Shown here piece by piece: positions 34,319-46,180 of a stretch of DNA of 64,000 nt. The stretch is from assembly GCA_043228905.1 (NCBI GenBank), contig JBHGNT010000018.1, positions 15,562,001 through 15,626,000 of the forward strand. The letters run 5' to 3'. The position numbers were made by a program, and so were the translations under genes. Every line of letters begins with the position of its first letter. The first letter of the stretch is position 1. The stretch is from Azolla caroliniana. Taxonomy: Eukaryota > Plantae > Polypodiophyta. The notes beneath the pieces are model-generated. The model made no database searches. It was not told where the DNA came from and worked only from the letters and a program-made list of their open reading frames with translations.

Positions 34319-37300
34319 TCATTTGGATGTGGATTCAACATTCATTTTTTTATTGTTCTTCTACAATATATGAATAGGCAACATATCCCTTGAGTTACAA
34401 CTTCGTCTTCCATAAAGAGAAAATGGAGCCGTCCAGAAGGCAAAGCATCGAAATAAAGACATTCCTGAGAGTTTTTATAACCCATGACCCCCAACAAGAC
34501 ATGTAATTTTATATTAATTTCTGAAACCGTGTTCAATCAATGTAATACGTGATTTCGTCTCTTCCCCAATGAGCACAAGTGTAGTGGCTTTTGTCTTCTT
34601 CTTCATTGATATCTTTATTTGCATCCCTTCTCCAGATTATAGTGCCAACTTCCATATCTACATATTCTTGGATTTTGATTGCATTAACTATGTTTCATCT
34701 ATCAGTTATCTCTACCTTACTATCAAGGATTCTCTTTTCTAAAACCTTTTTGATGTCAATGGTATTTTCTATGTCCATGGCTAGCTTAAATGCAAGGGAT
34801 GTTTTTTGTTTTGACTTTTCTTCCGCATATTGAGGGAGGTTCCAAAGTTGGCATTTGTAGCTCTTCAACAACCAAAGTAGGTCCTACTATACTTTGACCA
34901 ATGTTCAAATCTGTAGTATCTCCATGTCTTAACACTTATGTCTATGTAGTCTTATGGGCTCTCCAAGTAATATGCATTGTCATAAAAAAGAAATTTTGGA
35001 TGGTTTGTCACTTAAATTCATTGTTTATATGGTTGAACTACTCTTCACTTACGTAGTTGAAGTTATCTTGTATTTGGAGATGTGGAGTGATTGTATAAAT
35101 AACAATGTTGAGTTCTTGTGAATGAATGGTTAGCATGAAATTAATAGTTAAATTCAGATAAAATATCACAAAATATCCATTATATATGTCGTAATTTTAA
35201 TTATATCCTAGTATGTATTTTTCATGGTAGAAAAGTTAAATTTGGTTAACCCACACTAATACTAAGACACGTTGCATCATAATCAATTAATATGATCTAA
35301 TTAGGCTACATGATGATATAATTAGGTTATAATGTAAATCATTTACTTTGTTTACATCAATAGCTACATTGTTCACATTGTTATTGTTATATTTTGCCTT
35401 ATGTAATCAAACAATATTCCAATTTAAAATGACCTACTTGCATAATTTGATTGAATTTTGTAGAATAATGAAATATGACTTTTAGCATGTTGGTATATTT
35501 ACTTTTTGACCAAGGGCATAAGGCGATATTTTTAAAACAAGATCAAGTAGGATCCCACATTGCCCCTGATATATGGGTAGATCAACATTTTTGTAAATGG
35601 ATGTATTAGGTGATATTCAAAATAATAATAATGTGTAAGGTTCGGTATTACTCTAAGATGAGTGGAAGAAATTTCAATATATGATCGAAATCATTACATG
35701 AGCCAAGACAAGAGAGTGTAGACAGAACAAAACACTAAACTTTGTAATCATTGCAATGTCATGAACATTTCAGAAAAAAACGAAATTCGACATTCCTCTT
35801 TTTTCATCAAGAAACATTAAATGCACCAACTCTAAGTGGCATCGCCTGAAAAGCCTTGGATGAGTATCTCATAAAATTCCAAATAAAAAACCTCAGCAAG
35901 CATCCACATCTCTCACCATCACAATGGAATAAGCATTTTCCAAAGGGCTTCCCCTATTATATACATATGGACATAATTTGTCAGAAAACAACAAACAAAA
36001 CACAGTTGTTAGTTTCACTCTTTTTCTTATGCATGAAAAGACATACAATAGTTGTTGTGCTCATGTATTTAAGTGATGGAATTGTCTAGTGTTTGGTGTA
36101 GGTATATGGCATTTATAAGATATTAAGTGCCAATGCATACATATTGTGTTCATAGTAAAAAATAAGATGCATCAATAAACCACCAATATATTCCCTAACA
36201 TTCAATATAAATTACTAACCCCTATGTTTTCTAAATCTACCAAAATACTTTTTAAAAACTAAGAAACCATCTCTCCATTTTAAATAGCAAATAATTAGCC
36301 AACGTTTGCTCTAGTTTTTGTGAACAATTGCTTCTAAAGGTATGTGTACCACTCATTAGCTTATTGGTCTCTAATTCAACTAATTATGCAAAGCACTTAG
36401 CTAGTCGATCAAAGTATTGATCAAGCACAAGTCACTAACTAATGATTCATCACGTTATTTGTAATTAAGGACAAAATAAGCAACCAACGTATTAATCAAG
36501 GTGCATTGTGAATTATTCGCGAGTACGCATCGAGTATGTGAATATATTTAGAGCCAAGTGACCTTTTTTTGGGTCAAAAACATCACAAGGGACATGATGG
36601 TGGTTGTTATGATGTAATTTCAAAAGTTACGTTGGATATGGTGGTGACTCTCGAATGGCTTTTTGTCCCCATGTTCATGAATATGGGGACATGCACTTTC
36701 CTAAAGGTAATATACATCTTTCTCCAAGATTATGCTTTCTTAAATGCATGTATCTACATGTAAATCATATCTAGTAGCTCTTCATTTTGAATTTTCGGTC
36801 CATCATATATTAGTTCCCTTTTTTTATATGGTTGTAACTTGTGAATTGTGATGTCCTTTAAGCTTGTCACTTTTCTCTTTTGTACACTTAAAAAGTCTTG
36901 GTAATTCTAATTTTTACAAGATGTATATTCGATGCCTTTGATTCAATGGGTCGGTCACTATTTCCTGAATCCTAACATATATGAGATGAATTTGTTCCTA
37001 CTTACATGTCTCTTTTCAGTCACATGTGCCCTGTTCATTCAATGTGAAATTAGATGCCCATCATGTACTTGGTTATTCAATTTATCAAAAGCAATATGGT
37101 TGCATATCATTCAATTTGTCATATTCACCATGGTTGGTGTATGCTCATAATGTTTTCTTAAATTCAACGTTAAGTGTCATATTAATGATCCATGTGTCCT
37201 ATCAATAGTAAAGTGCATAACAAGACATTACATAGTAAATCACAATGCGAAAGCATTGCACATATACATGCAAGTTGTTTAGACAAATTCCACATTACAC

Positions 37301-38005
37301 ATTCATCGGGTCGCATTACTTTTAAAGTTCTAAAATTCTAATTTGTAAGCATGAGGTTAAGGTTGTATCTTGCCACAATAATGTTGCTGGTTAAAGTCTT
37401 CAACAATGATTGTGATTTTTTAAAACGGATCTACAAAATTGAAAAAACATTCCATATGCCAAGATTTATAAATAACATGCTCACTTTAAGCAGGGAAAAT
37501 CAAGGGCATCATATGTCCTAAATTGATAAAGTAGGAATTGGCGAGTCTAGTTCCAAATAAAAAATGTTTCATCGTACAACTAACATTGCACTAGGCTTAG
37601 GCTTAGGCTTACGAAATCCTTCTAATAGTGATCTCCGCTCACAATTCCAAGGCTTCATCTTAGTCACGTGTTTTCGAATGATCCCAACATAATCACGGTG
37701 ACTAATCACATACTTTACCATGTTTTTGAAGGCTTGCTACCACAATTTGTGAACCCACCCATGATCAACGTGACACTTTTGAACACCCAAACCTTCATAA
37801 TTATAGCATACATTCTTTTTAAGTAATTAATAGCTCAAACATCTTCTAATAGTGTTGGAAGGACGAAAGTTAGATAAAATAAATAAATGTTTGGACAATA
37901 CATATAACTAGTCTACATGAATGACCTCATCCTCTTTTACTAAAGTGAAAGGTTGTGAGGCCAAGTGAGATATCACGAACTTCCTAGGTATGATTCATCA
38001 CCCTT

Positions 38006-38012
38006 TATAAAA
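38006..38012 (+). promoter_or_regulatory. TATA box of the KCS gene
   Basis: TATAAAA 63 bp upstream of ATG 38069. Confidence 0.55.
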
Positions 38013-38068
38013 AGGGCGAGAGAGTGAAAAGAGATGGTCGAGAGGTTGAGCTCTACAGAACATTTGCT

Positions 38069-39490
38069 ATGGCACATCTTGTGTTATTTGCCTTCTTTTT
38101 CATATCAATCCTATTTCTATACATAAGGAAACTAATATTATTGAACAGTAAAGTACCTATATACTTGTTGGATTATGCTTGTTCAAAGGGGACTGAAGAA
38201 TCCATGGCTTCTGTTGAGCGTCTCCTCTATTTCTCACAAGAGCTCAAGACTATGTCTATAAAGAATATACTATTCCAAACCAAAGTGACAATGAAATCTG
38301 GAGTCGGAGAAGAAGCTTACGTACCTAGGGTCAATCTAGTGAAAGGAAGGTCTATGACCCTAATGGATTCACATGACCAAGCCCAAATTCTTTTAGTGGG
38401 GGCAGTTGAAACACTCCTTCGAAAAACACGAGTCTCACCACAACTCATCGACATTCTCATTGTGAATAGTGGAGTGTTTAACCCTACCCCTTCACTTTCA
38501 TCGATCTTAATCAATCATTTTAATATGAAATCCTCAATAAGATCATTCCATCTAAGTGGCATGGGTTGCTCGGCAGGCTTGATCTCAGTCTCACTTGCAA
38601 AAGACCTCTTATCGATTAAGCATCAACGTCGAAAAAATCATTATTGTAGTGATGATTCAACCCAATTTGCACTCGTAGCAAGCACTGAGATCCTTTCTAG
38701 CATCTATGATGGAAAAGATCGGTCTATGATGGTCACCAATTGCTTGTTTCGTAGTGCTGGAAATGCACTCCTACTTTCAAATAATCCCAAAGATCGAAAT
38801 CGCTCAAAGATGGAGCTTTTGCATGTGATTAGGGTCAACATGTCAAGCAAAGATGAAGCCCATAATGCAATCATTTTGAAAGAAGATGCAGATGGTATCG
38901 TTGGGGCCCAATTGAGCCCTTGCCTCATTGATGTTGCAACAATGACCATACGACAAAATATAAGGCATTTGGCCCCCAAAGTATTGCCCATAATGGAGCT
39001 TTTGAAAATAGGGGTTACTGAAGTAGTCCTAAGAGGATCGCGTCTAATGATGAAGAAATATCATATGAAGAAATCGTATGTGCCCAATTTTAAGCTAGTT
39101 TTTGACCACTTTTGCATACATCCAGGGAGCAAGGTAGTTATAGAAGGGGTGGGGAAGAGTCTAGGTTTGACCAACTATGATATTGAGCCATCACTTATGG
39201 CATTGCATAGGTTTGGGAACACATCAAGCTCTGGGATATGGTATGAACTGGCTTATATTGAAGCTAAGAATAGGCTCAAGGCAGGCGATAATGTGTGGCA
39301 AATAGGGTTGGGATCTGGTTTCAAGTGCAATAGTGCAGTGTGGAGGGTGTTGAGGACAATTGATGATAATGAGCTATTTTTAGGAGATAATCCTTGGCAT
39401 GATTGTATCCATAGATACCCTGTCCTTGAAGACCTTTCCAAGCTCCCTCATGTAGTCAATGCACTTAGCTTTTTGCAAAAATTGACCTAA
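38069..39490 (+). CDS. KCS: 3-ketoacyl-CoA synthase (FAE1/KCS family), intronless, 473 aa
   Basis: N-terminal TM helix, FNPTPSLS, LSGMGCSAG (catalytic Cys), NCLFR, HFCIHPG (His), LHRFGNTSSS (Asn), WQIGLGSGFKCNSAVW and NPWHDCIHRYPV. Confidence 0.96.
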   Translation: MAHLVLFAFFFISILFLYIRKLILLNSKVPIYLLDYACSKGTEESMASVERLLYFSQELKTMSIKNILFQTKVTMKSGVGEEAYVPRVNLVKGRSMTLMDSHDQAQILLVGAVETLLRKTRVSPQLIDILIVNSGVFNPTPSLSSILINHFNMKSSIRSFHLSGMGCSAGLISVSLAKDLLSIKHQRRKNHYCSDDSTQFALVASTEILSSIYDGKDRSMMVTNCLFRSAGNALLLSNNPKDRNRSKMELLHVIRVNMSSKDEAHNAIILKEDADGIVGAQLSPCLIDVATMTIRQNIRHLAPKVLPIMELLKIGVTEVVLRGSRLMMKKYHMKKSYVPNFKLVFDHFCIHPGSKVVIEGVGKSLGLTNYDIEPSLMALHRFGNTSSSGIWYELAYIEAKNRLKAGDNVWQIGLGSGFKCNSAVWRVLRTIDDNELFLGDNPWHDCIHRYPVLEDLSKLPHVVNALSFLQKLT

Positions 39491-42400
39491 GCTTGTCGTA
39501 GCATGAAGGGAAGGCTTAGTATATAAACTTGGGTGTTCAAAGTGTTGCCCTATCCACTTTTTTGTATAGGTTTAGCTATTAAAGCACGTTGTTCCTTATG
39601 CAACACAACCATTGGATTTCCACTGAATATTTAACTCAATGTATATATAACGACAAAGTTTGTAGAAATAAAGTTATTGCTTGTGGTTATTTTTATCAAT
39701 CCCATGGTCTAATTGTCTAGACCTTTCTTTATAATCATATCACTGTCTAAGGAAGACAATTCTATTTCTTTCAATTCTCGAGGTGGGGAAAAGAACATGT
39801 TCTATTCCTACTTATATCCTTAACTTGACCCAGATGAATAAAATGTTATTGTTTTCAATATTGGTTGTGAAACGTAAATTTGTTATGCTATAATTGAAGG
39901 GTTGTTTCATAGTTTAGTAACCAATGTTGCAAATATTTAAATAATTCATAGAAGAAATGGTAAGGCAAAGAAAGCATACAAGTTATCAACACAACTAAGA
40001 TTATCTTCTAAATAAGTAAAAATGGATCGATTTTCTTGACAAGGAATAATCTATGTTAAAACTTTCACTAGACATAAAAAATGACAAAAGGCAATTGTAA
40101 TACAGTGATACACTATGCGTGCCGAGCCAAATAGTATGGCGAATCTACAAAATTAACTATGGGCTATTTTAACACAACAATTGTCAACAATTCCTCTTGG
40201 TATTAAAGCTATAACTAAACCTATTCTTAGGTTGTGGATCTAGAAGCAAAGAATGATAAGATCAAAGAGAGGCAATGCATTTCTCATGTTTGCATGAGAC
40301 ACAATATATTACCTTCTTAACCAATAAATTCGCTAACAACCTAATCTTTGAATTGATTATTGGAAAAGGTAATACCCCTTGGCTTACTTATCTTGTGTTT
40401 AAGGAAATACATAATTCTACCCCTTGTATTATCAAATTAATCAATACTCATGTTTAACTACGAATAAGTCTATAATTACTATAATTAACCATATCAAGTT
40501 AAGACAACATCAAAAGTCAAGTCAAATATTAAAATTGTAATTGTAGTAATATATATAAAATAGGAAACCAAGTTTGTTTTCAAAACTAAGGTAGAACATT
40601 CACCGATATTACCCCTTGTATATTACAGTAATGTGGATCATATCCTTAGTATTTTTAGCATATAGCCATATGGCTCCAATCAAAAACCGGATATGTGCTC
40701 CCTTAAAATCATACTTTCAACGTTTTTCTAAATTAATCACTCCACAAGAATCAATCTTGAATTCATAAACGAACATAGTTTTTAATGACAAATGTAAAAT
40801 AAAAGTTATAAAAACATTCATACCTACAACAAATACAAAAATTTACATAATGTTCATTAGATATCAACATTTAATTCTGAACACTAGGATCAAGCACATA
40901 TTGTTCGATAGTTATCAACACTTAATTGTTGGCACTAGGGTGTCATGCCAAATTTCACCACAGTAAAACCATAAGATACAAATGAATGTGAAACTCCCAT
41001 TGTGTATGCATAACATAAATTTCTAATCAATAGACTTTAAAACATTATTGCGGCCTCTATTGAGGCAACAAGAGGTGGTGGGCAAATGATGAAAAAGGAA
41101 AAACGAAGTACCTAAAGCACTCACAACTTCCAAATATGCTTGCTTTTTTTGATCCCATCATGAGCTTTGAACACCATATTTCCGTGACATACATCACTTC
41201 TCTTTGAAAGCTATAATAATGTACTACTACATCATTTAACTTTGATTCAAAAGCTCACTCCTTGTCAACTCAAAGATTGTTTTCAATTAGCTAAAGATAG
41301 CTTATTTGATTATTTGTGTTCTCAACTATTTGATCGAGGTAGATATGGAAGTGCTTTTAGCACTTTCAAGGTGTAACTGCAATATCCTCTTGGAATGAAA
41401 AGAAAACAATAGTGTTAAAGTTGATGTGACTTTTATATGAATTGAAGACAATCAATCCACAAAGGAAAATATCAAATAACATTATGTGTGAGGAGATCAA
41501 CAACATTTCTTTATTCAATCGGTAAACTAAAAATATATCAACAAAATTCCAACATCTCTCATAAAATCTTGGGGTTTTTACCGTTTGTCACCCCATTGCT
41601 ACATTTTCCTCCTTGTCTTCCCATCCATCTCAAACATTTGTCTTCTAAAACCACATTGTTGTGATAAGATCAAACTATCAATAGTATTGAAAAAGAGAAA
41701 TAAATAAGTGACAATGCCATTCCTCCCAACTACCCCCAAGCAAAGGGTTCAAGACAATCCCTAAACCCTAACGACATCCCATACCATTGCGTATGGTCTA
41801 AAGATGTACCTTGTCTTAGGTTAGATGATAGGCGCCTTGACACGAGAACCTTCAAACCACCAAGGTCTTAGAGTTTCAACAAGGAGATGATAAAATGAGG
41901 TAGCTAATCTCATATGTGCTTATATATGAAGGCAAAGGCCCCTTGACTGCCGCGTAAATGGCTACATGTTGTTGATCATGCTAGGTTGTCTCAAACCCTA
42001 GGATAATTATCCTTCCTTGCTTATTTATTTATGATGAATTAGCCCTCCCATTCAGACCTAGAGCTATGACCATAACACACATGTATTAACACATTTCATC
42101 CACATAAAAATGCCAAAACTAGAAGATATAATGGTCCACCAAAGGCGAATTAAAACAAGTGATGTTCCAAGAGCAATGACATGAATATGACACAAATAAA
42201 TAATAAAATCCCCAACTCTTATGATCCTTGCTATCAATAAAAAGCCATGTGGATTTAGAGCATTCAATGTTGTAATATGATTGACACACATGTATAATTT
42301 ATCTTGATATGCCCATTGAGGAGATTTGTGCATAACATTCCCCGACTCTTCAATTACTTTATTGATATCTTCCATTTGGGTTCAAAACTAGCAATCTAGT

Positions 42401-45400
42401 TAGGTTTCTAGTAGCCACGATAATTGCCATTATTAATTGCCTCAAATTGTTTAAGAGGTTATAAAGGGTTGTATGTTTATCTTTGGCGACCTCGTTGACA
42501 TCACGAGACCAATTGATGACAAGCTTACATTGCGACGATTGTAAGGGCATTTTGATATTGATATACATGATAATCACATTAACAAATATATCATTGTTAG
42601 AGTCTAACTAATTAATTAAATAAGAAATAAGGATTTATAGACCAAAGAAAGGAAAGAGGGGTGCCAAACCACTCAACCACTGCCAACAACAGGATGAGAC
42701 GGACCCGAACCTCCGCAATGTCCCATATTATCAAGGGTTTAAGCGAGTCATACATTGGGGTCTGTGAGGATCACACATGTTTAGCTAACAAGAGCCATAG
42801 CCACATTCATAGTCTCAACATAAGTCAAGCCTCTTCGATAAGAAGGTGGCTAATCTTCTTATATAGGCAGAAAACCTAGGCCCTAGTGTGTTCACATTTG
42901 ACTACTTTATGTGAAGTGGTCGAGTGATAACACCACTTAATAGTTATCCCACACCTTATAATTGAATATTACAGTTCACACCCTTGCTCCTTTCATAATT
43001 AACCCCCACATAATCATCATAAGATTAGGGAAAACTACATAAAACTTATCTAATTATCAATTATCGTTAAATGCACGTTAACAAATGTACCAACATGTTT
43101 AAGTTATGAAGATGAGGCCAATGTGGGTCTATGCATGTCATTTCCATTATCTTCAAGCATAAGGATGATTGTCGACAAAAGGTGTCCCATTTAGGTGTAG
43201 ATGACAACAAAGGTACTTGCCAATATGTTAAACCGAGGAAGGAAAGTCCCATGAGGATGTGTGAAACAAAATTTGATCTCTTGAGTCTTTAGCATCATGA
43301 GAAAATGTTGACATTAAGTGTTCATTTGAGTTTATTATAATTACTATATAAGTTATCCATTCATCGATCTAAGGATGTGATTCTCGTCGCTCGAATGACC
43401 AACAAAGGAAACAACCATCTTGTTGGCCAAAAATGCCAAAAAGGGCTACCGTCTCTGAAGGATAAAAGTGGAGTATCTTTCTAGCAAGTGATAATTTGGA
43501 GATGTTGTGCAATTTCAGCATCTAAATCCCCAATAAAACCATCCCACTATCCCTCTAAAACATGGACCATGTCTAACAAAATGTTACACACCACTTCAAC
43601 TTGTGAGACCCTAATTGGCATCCATTTGAGTTCAAACACAATGTTCGAGAAAAAGGTGAGCACATTCACCAAAACATAAGATAGACAAAAGTACTCAAAA
43701 AAACGGAAAGAAATCGAACTAAAATTACACATATTATTATTTGTGTGACAATCCTATAAACACAAGCATATTTTCACAAACAAAAGGAAATTTGGGTTTA
43801 TTAGTAAAGGTTTTCTCTTATGATGAGGTTTGGGGCTTATTGTTGGAAGGGATCGTATTGTTGGCAAATACATGATAGTTAGCATTTAAACATACACATG
43901 TGCATGCATACATACATCACATGCATGCATCAACACATGTATGGACATACAAACATACATTGCATTGGGTTTCATATAAAATCAAAATTTCAACAGGGTC
44001 CTAGAATAGTCGTTCTTGCTTATCAACTTGATGATAAGCTTGACCTTATGTTATATTCAAATAGTATACACAAATACCATCAAGGACACCAAACTTTAGG
44101 GGCAATTCATTTGTTGCTTCAAATCTTCTCGACTATATAATCTCACATTGCTAGACTAAAATATCCTAAGATAGATTGGTTGAAAGCTAATCTTTATTCC
44201 ATGAGTCAATCACCCCCCCCCAAAGACATTCAAGCCAATTTCATATAGCCAGATGTTATACTTCTTAGACATATATGCTAAACAACAATGAGGAAGTCAC
44301 ATGTTGCCTTGTCTCAAAATTGCAAAACCGCAACCCAAAGGTTGTAGATGTCACAACCAATTACTTATTATAATTTTATTCTATAACGTAGCTATAGTAT
44401 TTTGTATGCATACATCACAATCGATTATTAGAAGAGCTATTTGTATGATGTGTATATACAACCAACAAAAAATAGTCCCAAAAACACCTTAATTTATAAT
44501 GCTATCCATTAACGTATTGAGTTGCCTCACGCACAAGACGATACCAAATGCACCTTTTCTGATCTAAGTTCTCTAGTATTAGGTCAATACTCTAGAGTCT
44601 ACATTGCATCAACAAATGCATTTTTACAACAGTTAAGGGAGAAATACATTTGCCGGGATTTGAGAAACTTACAAAAGGTAGTTGATCTCTGTATACCACT
44701 TTAACTCATAATATTGGGCAAGATGTTCAAGAAAAACTTACACTCTATGCTGCTTGAATGTCCAATACACATAATATATGATGAGAACTAAAAAAATTAA
44801 AATGATAACAAATTATATGTTTAAAATATCCAAAAGGGAAGGGATATGCTGAATTTCATAGAGTTTTTAAAACCATTGACTTGGTTCTGTGTTCAAAATG
44901 GTAAAAAAGTGTATGGCAATGCTATCAATTAGAATAAAGAGATTATATGTTTAGAACGAAGACCACAACGACGACCATTGGGACCATATCCAAAATGAAA
45001 ATAAAGGTTACCAATTGGCCTCTCTCTCTCTCTCTCTCTTCCCCTTAGCCTATGATGTTGCAACCAAACACACAAAGAAATATGAGTAATCTGATTCCAT
45101 ATGTATTTTTTAATAATTATAGTTAACATGGGGTAGTTGTAGGTAGTCTGGTTAGATGGAGGGGCCGAGTTAGAAAAATGATCACTTGGGTTATAAATTT
45201 TATTGGCCTGGGTTAGACGTGACAGAGGTTGGTGAGGGCCGGGTTAGAAATTTTATTGGCCCGGGTTATAGATGTGATAGAGGCTGGAGTGAGCCAGGTT
45301 AGTTACGGGCGTGCGCTTTTTGTGGATAGAGATATGAGGGTGTAGATCGCACGTGCCCTGCACCGTCTGTGAGCGTGATTTCCTCACCATGCCTCTTTAT

Positions 45401-45462
45401 TATTTGGTTGCAAACGAAAACGAGCGTGCATACATACATACACATACATACATACATACATG

Positions 45463-45606
45463 ATACATCTTGAAGAGAGCCATATGTTATTGTGAGAGGG
45501 ACAAATGGCTCTCTCAAAGCTCCACCATACATACATACATACATCTTGAAGAGAGCCATTTGTTCTTGTGGGAGAGACCGATGGCTCTCTCAAAGCTCCA
45601 CCATTG
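45463..45606. repeat. Two tandem fold-back copies of RING-gene exon 1 sequence
   Basis: Each unit is a sense copy of 46357-46386 followed by the reverse complement of about 46342-46368. Confidence 0.9.
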
Positions 45607-45612
45607 GTTTTT

Positions 45613-45733
45613 ATACATACATACATGTGTAGATACATAGATACATAGATACATAGATACACACACACACACACACACACATACATACATACATACATAC
45701 ATACATACATACATACATACATACATACATACA

Positions 45734-45765
<32 letters not shown>

Positions 45766-45847
45766 CATACATATACATACATATACATACATATACATAC
45801 ATATACATACATATACATACATACATACATACATACATACATACATA
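45613..45847. repeat. Compound (ATAC)n/(AC)n microsatellite
   Basis: Directly visible. Confidence 0.95.
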
Positions 45848-46180
45848 CGGTAATTTATGAAGAGAAATAGTTTGAGCAGAAAATGATAGAAAAATTGAAA
45901 GGGAAAATTCTCGTGAGGAAAACTAGGTCTTTTCTCTGCAACATCTTGGGGCATGGCGCCTCAAAATTTAACACACAGCATTTGGTTTGATCCATCATCA
46001 ATGAAGCTTTACCTTATCTCAGAGAGGATTACGAATGCAAAACTAGGGCTATAGAAAAAACGACCAAGGGAAAAAACCCATATTCAAAATAGGGTTAGGG
46101 TTAAAGGAAAAAAGACTCAAAGGATTGCGGGATTTAAGCCATACTCAAAATTAGGGTTAAGGAACATCTTAAGAAAAAAG

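Noticed and set aside
38024-38068. GTG-initiated extension of KCS
   Set aside because: Non-ATG start only 12 nt after the TATA box. ATG 38069 is preferred.
41660-43083. Possible solo LTRs (about 41660-42060 and 42595-43083) resembling 13028-13353
   Set aside because: Only patchy similarity, and no TSD or firm boundaries could be established by eye.
45299-45954. Minus-strand ORFs containing GGALREP as a second RING paralogue
   Set aside because: Microsatellite-derived frames. The peptide match comes from the ~27-nt inverted exon copies.
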